From Vitrella brassicaformis CCMP3155 (taxonomy: Eukaryota; Protista; Chromerida), in NCBI GenBank assembly GCA_001179505.1, contig CDMY01000553.1, positions 248,001-312,000 on the forward strand: DNA of 64,000 nt, read 5' to 3'. The number at the start of each line of letters is the position of its first letter. The first letter of the stretch is position 1. The notes beneath the pieces were generated by a model. That model saw only the letters and a list, made by a program, of their open reading frames with translations, did not search any database and was not told the DNA's origin. Shown here one piece after another: positions 1 to 10,049 of the stretch. The translations under genes were made by a program, and so were the position numbers.

Positions 1-1161
1 TACAACGCCACGCGACGGCAAGAGCGGCGTCTCCCTCGTGGCATGATCGAAGAGAGACATTCAAGAAACAAGACGTAGTATGGAAGAGAGAAGTGCGATG
101 CATAGCAGAGGGTCCACTGCATGTGAGCTGCAATGGCGTGTTGGCGGCAATGTGTTCCTTGCTGCTGCCCGCGGTCCTTGTGTGGAACGACTCATCCGTG
201 TGTATGCGATGTGTTTGTCTTGCTGGACGGATGGATGGCTCGATTCACGCAAAGCGAAATCCTTATGGACGGACGTTTCAATCAAACAGACTTTAATGCC
301 CTTTCTCTCTCTTGTGTTGTCGAGCCGACCAGTCACACAATACATTGACATATTGCCTTCACCATCGATGTGCTGGCATGCAGAGCCGTATTTGGCTGTT
401 TTGGTTGTCTGCATGGCTGCCTGGTGCATGGCATGCATGTGTGTGTGGGGTATTCTCAGTCTTTTCATATGTACAGCAATCGTATTGTCCATCATGCACC
501 CACTCACTCACTCACCGAGCAATCCAATCCATCCATCCATCCTTGCAGCCTGCACACGACCGCATCGGCACACAACACACCCACACCCACACCCACACCA
601 CACACAGTGGCCCATCCGTCGATCTGTCCTGCGGACGGAAAACGCGCCACACGCATGGCATGGCAGCCACAGAGCCACATGAAGCGCCATGAATCGTGAT
701 CCACATATATAAAAAGAGCAAGGACACACACGACGCGAATCCTATAAAGGGACCCCACACACACGCACACGAGAGCACCCAACACGTCACATGCCGTCCA
801 TCGCCCAAGCACACAGCCCCTCTGTGAATGGGCAATGGACAAAGGAAGCAGTCACTCTCTCACACGCCTCTGTGCTGCACTGCACCCCTGGCTGAGTGAG
901 TGAGTGAGTGACTGACGCACCCACCCCATATCCACACGCGCCGCGCCCCAATGGCCATCCATATAGGCACACACACGAAGACAGACAGACACCAAAAAGA
1001 GCACATTAGAAACGGTGTATGTGGGAGAGGGAGAAAGGGTGGCTCACACGACTGACACGCATAGAAGAAAGAGAGCCACCCAACGCAGACAGACCCGTAA
1101 CGTCACGGCACTCACGGCGCTGTGCCGTCCCCTCCCTCCCCCCGTCTGGCTGTGCAACCAG

Positions 1162-2034
1162 TCAGTAGTCGAAATGGAGCATCCGCCCTTCCGTAAAGGC
1201 AAAGAACTCGTTGGCGTCGTGCTGCACGCACACACACACACACACACGCACACACACACGCGTGTGTCATCGATGATGCACTCCTCCCTCCCTCCCTGCC
1301 TTCTCTGTGTGTGTGCGTGCGTGTGTGTGTGTGTGTGGCTGGTCACCTCGTCAACACCGTCTCTGAGGTCCTCCATCGAGAGGCCGTGTTTGGCGACGCA
1401 CCCCGGGCACACAGAGATCGGCACCCCCCTGGCCACCAGCTTGTCAATCAGACCACTCTTGGATGTGTCGGCCACACAAGGGGCCTCCTCGACCGTGAAG
1501 TCCTCGGCAGTCTTGGCCATCAGCGGGGGGCAGTCGACATCGCAGAAGACAATCACGTCCTTGCCCGCGTCGACCTGCACACACACAGACACACACGCCC
1601 ATGTGTGGCCACCAAGTGCACAGCCGCTCATTTGTGTGCCTACCATTCGGTTGGCCATGCACAAAGCCTGCAGGACCCGATGCTGATCGTCCGCTCCGGC
1701 CGTCATGTGCACCATCTGCACACACCAAACACACACAACCAGACAGACAGACAGACAATCATTGACACACCCTGCCCTCCTCCCTCTCCCTGTCTGACAT
1801 ATTCGTTAGATCTGCCATGCACTCCACTCACCACGCCGTCTGTGGAGTCTCCGTGGCGACGGCTTTCTGCAGGGCAACGGCTCCCACGACCAGTCCAGCC
1901 ACGGCCACAGCAATCGCGGCGAGCGCCACAACGGCCACGACGGGGAACTTGTGGTGGCCGTGTGCCAGGCCTTTGTCGGTGGTCTCGGAAGCCGCACGCT
2001 CTCGCACCTTGACGCCTGACTCGATGTCCTTCAT
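1162..2034 (-). CDS. DsrE/DsrF-like family protein with N-terminal transmembrane anchor (about 5 exons)
   Basis: Exons joined at GT-AG sites (2034-1832, probable 19-nt exon near 1787-1769, 1715-1644, 1574-1347, 1221-1162). Product: hydrophobic VVAVVALAAIAVAVAGLVVGAVALQ, then MVHMTAGADDQHRVLQALCMANRM/VDAGKDVIVFCDVD...LIDKLVARGVPISVCPGCVAKHGLSMEDLRDGVDE/HDANEFFAFTEGRMLHFDY*. The vCpgC motif and C-terminus fit the DsrE fold as I recall it. Confidence 0.75.
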
Positions 2035-2342
2035 CTTGTGTCACGCACGAAGGAAGTTGTCTTGCGATTGAACAGAGAGAGGGGGATGGAGGGACTTAGG
2101 GAACAACTGAACAGACTGGGATGGCCGGGACAAGGAGAATGAATATAATGCGGAAGAGTCCCGTGTCCCAGCATGATCCTCTCCTTTCAGGTGGTTCGGG
2201 TGGTTCTCTCCTCGAAACTTACAATGGGATAGTTTACGAATGGCCAAAGTTGCCAAGTAAGGGGCGTGTCCCGTTTGTGTCAGATGGCTTTGCATGGCTG
2301 ACCGATACGACACATGCAATGCAGCAGACACACAGAGAGAGG

Positions 2343-3034
2343 GAGCATAGCATCGATCAGGTCAGGCGGCCAGTCAGTCACCCGGCCAGCCAACCGCAAC
2401 ACGACAACGACCAATGCAATGCCAACCAACAGGAACCATCACCACATCAAAAGGGAGCAGAAAAAACACAGGAAGGGATCTGAGGAAGGCCGAGGTGTAG
2501 TGTATGTGTCACCCATCCCGCGATAGATAAATGCCCATTCTGGTCACGGAGACCACTGAGTGAGCGAGTGAGTGACGAACGTCTCAATGGCCACTCACTC
2601 AAACAATGGCCAATCACAGGGGCGGCAAAAACCAGCACAAGAGAGTCCGTCTTTCTCATGAAACACCGAGAAAGGGACACAGACACACGCACACCAGCCA
2701 GACAGGGCACAGCCATTCTGGCGGGCGCATCAGAGAAAAAAGCCGAATGCCATGTGTGCAGTGGTCCGCATTTCTCCCTAAGGAAGACCCGACCCCCCCC
2801 ATCTCCCTCAGACGTATAGAATGCCATAAGTCTTAGATCCGTCAGACGGCCCCACCTAAGTCTTAGATCCGTCAGACGGCCCCACCTCTCCCTCGCTCTC
2901 TCCCTCGCTCTCTCCCTCCCTCAATCCTTCCCTCTATGCCTCTGTCACTCACTCGGCGGCCGTCTCTCTCTTGTTGTGGTATCTGTAATGCTTCGCCTCC
3001 ATCGCCCGGCGATGTCCAATGGCGGCCTGCTTGG
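2343..3034. repeat. Tandem near-identical copy of 3336-3998 (3' flank and last codons of the AP2 gene), cut by the assembly gap at 3035-3334
   Basis: Direct comparison shows near identity with a few substitutions, a 1-nt A-run indel and an extra 30-bp tandem duplication at 2827-2886. Confidence 0.9.
2949..3034 (-). CDS. 3'-terminal fragment of an additional AP2-domain gene copy (remainder hidden in the gap)
   Basis: Reads KQAAIGHRRAMEAKHYRYHNKRETAAE*, matching the C-terminus of the AP2 gene ending at 3913. Confidence 0.7.
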
Positions 3035-3912
3035 NNNNNNNNNNNNNNNNNNNNNNNNNNNNNNNNNNNNNNNNNNNNNNNNNNNNNNNNNNNNNNNNNN
3101 NNNNNNNNNNNNNNNNNNNNNNNNNNNNNNNNNNNNNNNNNNNNNNNNNNNNNNNNNNNNNNNNNNNNNNNNNNNNNNNNNNNNNNNNNNNNNNNNNNNN
3201 NNNNNNNNNNNNNNNNNNNNNNNNNNNNNNNNNNNNNNNNNNNNNNNNNNNNNNNNNNNNNNNNNNNNNNNNNNNNNNNNNNNNNNNNNNNNNNNNNNNN
3301 NNNNNNNNNNNNNNNNNNNNNNNNNNNNNNNNNNCGAGCATAGCATCGATCAGGTCAGGCGGCCAGTCAGTCACCCGGCCAGCCAACCGCAACACGACAA
3401 CGACCAATGCAATGCCAACCAACAGGAACCATCACCACATCAAAAGGGAGCAGAAAAAACACAGGAAGGGATCTGAGGGAAGCCGAGGTGTAGTGTATGT
3501 GTCACCCATTCCCCGATAGATAAATGCCCATTCTGGTCACGGAGACCACTGAGTGAGCGAGTGAGTGACGAACGTCACAATGGCCACTCACTCAAACAAT
3601 GGCCAATCACAGGGGCGGCAAAAACCAGCACAAGAGAGTCCGTCTTTCTCATGAAACACCGAGAAAGGGACACAGACACACGCACACCAGCCAGACAGGG
3701 CACAGCCATTCTGGCGGGCGCATCAGAGAAAAAAAGCCGAATGCCATGTGTGCAGCGGTCCGCATTTCTCCCTAAGGAAGACCCGACCCCCCCCATCTCC
3801 CTCAGACGTATAGAATGCCATAAGTCTTAGATCCGTCAGACGGCCCCACCTCTCCCTCGCTCTCTCCCTCCCTCCCTCCCTCCCTCAATCCTTCCCTCTA
3901 TGCCTCTGTCAC

Positions 3913-6900
3913 TCACTTGGCGGCCGTCTCTCCCTTGTTGTGGTATCTGTAATGCTTCGCCTCCATCGCCCGGCGATGTCCAATGGCGGCCTGCTTGGCA
4001 CCCTCATAGCCCAGCTCAGCGATTGAGAAGGGCTTCCTCTTCTCTTTGCCGCCCTCCTGCCAGCTGGCCATCCAGCAATTGTTCGCCTTGTCGTACCACA
4101 CGCCCTTGACGCCGCTCTGGTGCTTTGATAGCTTCCTCACCGACGCCCGTCCGGTGCGCTCCAGCTCACGACGATGCTCCTCCGCCAACGCCTGATAGGT
4201 GGAAGCACACATATGAGACACTCAGAGGGAGAGAGGGGACGTGGTTCGCACCTTGGCTGTGTCGAAGCCATGGTCCTTGACATAGAAGCTTTTCTGCTTC
4301 CTCTTCGAGCCGCCCTTCTCGCACCACAATGCCCTCCAGGCCTGCCTCGCGTTGTCCCAACAGACTCCCGCCACGTCAGACTGATGCTCTGCGATGGGCG
4401 GGACACATCAATCGGGTTGCGTTGAATTCGCTTCTTGGTCTCCTCACCGGGTTCGGTGATGACGGTCTTCACCTTGCTGCCTGCCTTGTTGTCTCTGTCG
4501 GGGGCCCACTGGGGGTCGGACGCATCGGTGGACGACCACACATCACCGGCAGACACCGACGCACCATCCCTCTTGGCCGCCTTGGGCCTCCGGCGTGGCT
4601 GGGGAGACGGTGAGCGGCTGCCTTCATCAGACTGGCGGGCCGCCCGAGCCACGCTGCTCCTCTGCCGGGCACGTCGGTCCAGTGTCGCGTCTCCTTCTCG
4701 ACGCGTACGGGGGCGGGCTGGGAGGTGAGGAGCGGCGGGCGGGGCAGGGTGGGGACAGAGAGGGGAGTCCAACGGTGGGCCCTCAAGCCTGGGCCTCTTG
4801 CTGCGGTTGTTGCCCCCGTTCAGATGAGTGCTGCGGCTGGGAGGCACACCAGGGACGCCGTCTTGCCCCTGCCCCTGCTGCGTTCGCTGCAGCCACGACA
4901 GATCGATGAGCATCGCCTGATCGCCCACACGCGACCGGTGGAGCGCATTGCGGTACTCGACGGCCTCACGGAAGGCCGTGAAGATGGCCGCGCCCGAGGC
5001 GCCATAGCCGACGGGAAACTGACGCAGATCGACGGCCTTCGATGCGTCGCTGTCCCAGAAGTAGGCCTCATAACTGTGGTTGGTCCGCCATGAGATGCCG
5101 ATCCTGACACAGATATGAAACACACAGATGCACAAGTGACGCGAGAGCGCCATGCACTTGGTCATGCTCACCCTCCTCTGTCTGGTGCATGGAACTCTCC
5201 CGGCTGCTGGTACCTCATCCACCGCACCAGTGCGCGAGCCAGCGCATCGCCCGTCAGTCCTCCCGCCACATGACGGCCGGCTGGGCCGCACAGCTTGGGA
5301 GGGGGGCTGCGGTCAGCCGAGGCCACACGGCCGTTATGGCCGCCATGCCCATCGACAGAGCTGCTTGGCGCGTGGCGCTCCTCTGGGTCGGCGCACCCTG
5401 AGTGAATTGACACACAGCCAGACAGCCAGAAGAGGGCGTGTGGGAGGGTCTGTTGACTCAATCTGGCGTCTAAGTGCTGTCTGGCTCACCGTTATTGCGG
5501 TGCGCTGCCGTCGATGCCTCGGCGTGGGGAAGGGGAAGTGGCTCGCTCCTCTCCTGTGTGGAAGGCCGCGCCACCCTCATGGCCTGGGCAGTCACTCGCC
5601 CATCAGACGGCACATCCACACCTATAACCACACACACACACCCCAATGGACGGCAGCCAGTGAACGAACGAGTGAGACGCACCTGTTGGCATCCACCGAA
5701 TCGCCCCCGTCTGCTGGCCGGCCACCGTCACCGTGACGATCTCATACCGACCGCCACTCTCAGGATCGCTCGCACGCACACCCTCCAGCAAAATGGCCAG
5801 CGAGGCCGTATCAGACGTCGTGTCAAGCCGAGCGATGTCACTGGCCGACTCGTCGGCTGGCCGCCCATTGCTGTCGGTCGGTTGGGTGTCATCGGCAGTG
5901 CTGCTGTGATCCATTGTGTCCTTGCGTCGCCGCTTGGTGGGGCGGATCGGTGGACGACTGTCATCATCCAGCTCGAATGACGGGGGCGGTGGAGAGGCGG
6001 CCACTCGATACTCGTGGTGTCGTTTCTCCATCTTCCGTCTGTGAGAGATGGCAGCCCGCTTGGCGCCCTCATAGCCCAGCTGCCGCACAGAGAACTTCTT
6101 CTCCTTCCTCTGTCTGCCGCCCTCCTGCCATGAGGCCACCCATGCGTTGCTGCCCTTGTGGTAGTGGACGCCCCTGACGCCGCTCTGGTGCTCCGCTCGC
6201 TTCTTGACCGCAGCCCGTCCGGTGCGCTCCAGCTCACAACGATGCTGCTCGGCCAATGTCTGATAGATGGATGGACACATATGAGACACTCAGAGGGAGA
6301 GGGAAGGAGGGGACGTTCTGCGTACCTTGGCTCTGTCGAAGCCATGGTCTTTGACGTAGAAGTACTTAGATTTCTTGTTCGGGTCGCCCTTCTCGTACCA
6401 GCCTGAGTGCCAGGCCTGACCCGCGTTGTGCCAAGCAACACCCGCCACGTCAGACTGATGCACTGCAGTTGGTACCACACATAATCAATCGGTTGCGGTG
6501 GATTCGCTTGTTGGTTTCCTCACCTGATTTGGTGATGACGGTCTTCCCCTTGGTGCTGGTCTTTTTGTCTCTGTCGGCGGCCCACTGGGGGTCAGACACA
6601 CAGATGGACGACCACACATCACCGGCAGACACCGACGCACCATCCCTGTTGGCCGCCTTGCGCCTCCGTCGTGAGTGTGGAGATGACGACAGAGAGTCGA
6701 CGGCCGCCACACTCGACTGGTGCTCGTGCCTGTGGCGAGCCTTGCCCTTTCCGGCATCGGACGTTGCTGCTTCTGCAGATGGTGAATCAACACATAACAA
6801 CCAGTGGGTGGACAGTGTGGCCGTACCTGATGCGTGTGGTGTCTGGCCTCCCGTGATGGCTTCGTTATGCACGGTCAGCTGCCCGGCGTCCAGACACGCC

Positions 6901-6980
6901 ACCTCAGCCGATGTGTCCCTTCCCACAGCTGCCTGGCCTCCATCCGCTGCCGATGGTTGCTCAACGGTTGGCTGCTGCAT
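3913..6980 (-). CDS. ApiAP2-like transcription factor with five AP2 domains (pair + single + pair); multi-exon; start codon tentative
   Basis: AP2-like segments HQSDVAGVAWHNAGQAWHSGWYEKG..FYVKDHGFDRAK/TLAEQHR, HQSGVRGVHYHKGSNAWVASWQEGG..FSVRQLGYEGAKRAAISHR, IGISWRTNHSYEAYFWD..FPVGYGASGAAIFTAFREAVEYR, and a second pair ending KQAAIGHRRAMEAKHYRY. The ORF pieces join in frame across GT-AG introns (e.g. APDRGG/IGISW, ITKS/VHQSD). Confidence 0.8.
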
Positions 6981-7317
6981 GGCTGTTCGCCCTGATGATG
7001 CGTAAAGTGGCTGGCGCGATGCTTCACAAGCTGAATGAGGGCTCTGCGCTCCTCCGCATCAGCTGCAGAGTGACCGGCGCGCTGATCCAAGCTCAGCAAT
7101 GTTGCAAGATCAGCTGCTCGAGTTTCGACGGTCTCGGTGAATCTGCAGGGCACCTGAACGTCGCAATCACAAGATCAGATCAGGCAAAAGAGGACTCGCC
7201 GGGGCGCGTGAATCCTACCGTTGCATTCAAGCTCGCATTTTGCAGACTCATTACGGAGTCGTCTTCGAAGAGGCATTGCGGTCGCCATGCCCCGTTGATT
7301 CATCCCGCGAGCTGACC

Positions 7318-9639
7318 ATGTCGGCAGCCGCAGCTGCGGCAGCAACAACAGGTGGTTCGAAGAAGCGCAAGGCGATTAACGGTGATGCTGTTGACGCGGC
7401 AGGCCAGCCGGCTGATGACCACCACCCTCCCGCCCCTCGTATCGGCCGTCAGTCACTCGACAAGGCCATCGCCGCAGCCAACACCGCTCTCCTCGCCATG
7501 GAGAATGCCGCCAGGAGTGCCCGCCAGCAGCTGCAGAGCAAAGCCGAGGCCATCAAACAGCTGATTGAGAGCACGGGCGGCAAGTTGGAGCTGACGGGCG
7601 GCATCGAGGGGAAGGTGGAGGTCAATGTGGGCGGCCGGGTGGTGGGTGTGTCGCGCAAGGGGCTGATGCTGGATCAGCTCCGCCGCACCTACTTCGCCCA
7701 TCTGCTGCTGTACTGCGTGGACGCCCTGCCGCGAGATGAGGAGGGGCGGCCGTTCCTCGACGCAGACTTCAACTATGTCAAGTGGTAGGTGGAATCAAGG
7801 GGAATGGGGGTCTGTCTGGTCTGTGTTCATTGCGCTTTGTTTGCTCTCCTTGGCGCTCTTCAGGTTGTCTGACGAGATAGCTTTGGTTGAGGGTGCTGAC
7901 TCCTCAGCTGAGGAGCACGAGATCGAGTTGGACGACACACAGAAGGAGGACCCTTCGTTCGCCTTCTACCACGAGCTGTTCCTCACCCAGACCACACTCG
8001 AGATCGACGTGCGATCAGACGACACAGATATGGACGACAGAGAGGCGGCGGAGGGCAACAAGGAGGGCGGCGACGGCGAGGGGGGCGATGGAGAGGGGGC
8101 AGGAGATAGCAGCGGGGAGGAGACTGCCGGCAGTCGGCTGCGTGAGTACTTGGATAGCTACAACGATGCGGTGGCGGTGCTGGAGAAGGCGGTAGTACAT
8201 TTGGAGGGATTCGGGAGGGCAATGGGGTCCTTTCTCCGAGCAGAGGACGGCGGCGCCCACGAGGTGAAGACCGTGACCGTCCTGCGCAAGAAGGTGTCGA
8301 CCACCGAGGCGACGCTATCGCAGCTCGGCCCCGACAACCTCCTCTACAAGCGATTCAGGTGGGAATGCACCAAGCACCATACAGACTTCGATTTGAGGGG
8401 TGCATTGTGTTCATTCCTCTCTTGTGTGTGTGGCGTGCAGCGGTGAGATTGTGCAGGGCGACGTACCGATCCGGCAGACATCCGTTGAGCACTTCACAAA
8501 GGTGACACACAACCACGACGCACACAAGAGGGGAGAGAGAGAGAGAGAGAGAGAGGAGGTCACATTGCAAGTCCTTCTGGCGGCCATTCAGTTGGTGGAT
8601 TTTGCTCGCCGCCTTCGACTCGAGAAGCGGCCCGGTGCCGTGGTCAAGAAGCCCACAGCCAAGCCCAAGTATATCGCTCAGTTGAAGGTATGGCTGATCC
8701 GTCCACACATGGATGCATCAAGGCGGCCATGCACTCAACCTGTTTGTGTGTGTGTGTGTGTGTGTGTGCAGAAGGATGTTGAGATGTATGGCCTCAAGAT
8801 GGAGGACATCTATCGGCCCCCGGCCCCACTGCTCACCTTCGAGGAGACGCAGGAGGTGCTGGCCATGACAGAGATACCCAGCCCCTCGATCAAACTTCTC
8901 TACAGGTAAGCAGAAACGACCATCTGATCTCTCGCAATGTCGCCCCATTGCCCTCTGCCCGCTTGCCCTCTGTCAGATCGACGCGTGACGGTGGTGACTT
9001 CGGCACGATGGTGGACAAGGTGGGCGACGCGAGCGGTCTGCTGTTCCTTATCAATCACGACGACACACACCGATTCGGAGCCTTCGTCGAGGGACAAGTC
9101 AAGCCGCCCACCGACCCCAGACAGACCAATGGATACAAGGTGCCCCACTTCTTCATTTCCATCAGCGGTGCGTACGGCAAAGTCACCAAGGTGCCCATCC
9201 CCGAGGCCAAACAGACGGTGCAGGTCGCCGGCCGCGACGCCTCCATCCAATCCACCAATGAGGATATCCGCGGCAAGGTGGGTTGATGGCGGGCGAACGA
9301 GAACAGCCACAGTCATCTGTGGGTCAATTCGCACGTCTTGTGCGCAGATGACCATTGGCCACGGGTATCTGTGGTTTGCCTTGGCCAGCCCCGGCCCGTC
9401 AGACGACGTGCGCAGCCTGGGGCATTTCGTCAAGACGGAGGACTTGCCCGACAACGGCTACCTCGGCCGGTTCAGCGGCGACAGCGGCACACTGGCGGGA
9501 GACTGGTACTTCACCGCCAAGGAGATCGCCATCTACCAGGTGAGGTACCGAGGGGAAGGCAGAGACACGTCGATGAATCGAGGGATTGAATTTCTGACTA
9601 AATGAATGTCTGTGTGCTCTGTAGGTGAAGTCGGCATGA
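7318..9639 (+). CDS. BTB/POZ (KCTD-type) x2 + TLDc domain protein, about 8 exons
   Basis: VEVNVGGRVV...LPRDEEGRPFLDAD (T1-BTB-like), a second BTB-like TVLRKKVSTTEATL..LVDFARR..EMYGL, and TLDc-like LLYRSTRDGGDF..LFLINHDDTHRFGAF...FTAKEIAIYQ/VKSA*. Confidence 0.8.
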
Positions 9640-10049
9640 GTGAGGGGAGCAGCCGCTGTGGCAGCAGCAGTGGAAGACATAGCTTTGCATAGACATGACA
9701 GACCGATTTCCGTGTGTGCGTGGATGGATGGATGGACCTTCATGCGTGCATGTCGCAATTTTGATCCACGATAATGCAGTCCACTGACACACACCAGGGA
9801 ACTGAGTCTGTGGATAGCGTCAGTGGCCATTCAACATGCACACGCCACACCTCCGCCCCACCACCCTGTCAGACCCTCTCCATCCATCCATCATGTCTGT
9901 CTGTCTTGTCTGTCTGTCTTGTCTGCCCCCCCACGCCAGCATCACCAAGCCCTCACATATGGATCCCAGACCGAACAGCAGTCGATGGCGAACTCTTCTG
10001 CAGGCACATAGGATGACCCCCAGCTGCTTGAATGCCGGCCACGATCAGC

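Noticed and set aside
61-1010. Several 100-200 aa ORFs on both strands
   Set aside because: Dominated by CA/GT repeats with no recognisable domain or consistent exon chain; likely intronic or UTR sequence.
2121-2836. ORFs 2121-2483 (+) and 2447-2827 (-) in the duplicated segment
   Set aside because: The second copy has an A-run indel that breaks the frame, so the segment is probably 3' UTR or intergenic.
2827-2886. 30-bp direct repeat as a possible CRISPR or regulatory array
   Set aside because: Only two abutting units with no spacer, in a eukaryotic context; a simple local duplication.
3035-3334. X-containing ORFs spanning N runs (also 10202, 16721, 43386, 53553)
   Set aside because: All five gaps are 300-N placeholders; the ORFs are artefacts and true gap sizes are unknown.
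3913-6980. AP2 clusters as HNH-AP2 or other mobile elements
   Set aside because: No endonuclease, transposase, RT, terminal repeats or target-site duplications seen; the genes are intron-rich host TFs.
6875-7315. ORFs in the AP2/BTB spacer (6875-7153 -, 6911-7315 +)
   Set aside because: No homology recognised. The minus ORF could be an extra AP2 5' exon but is out of frame with the ATG at 6980; unresolved.
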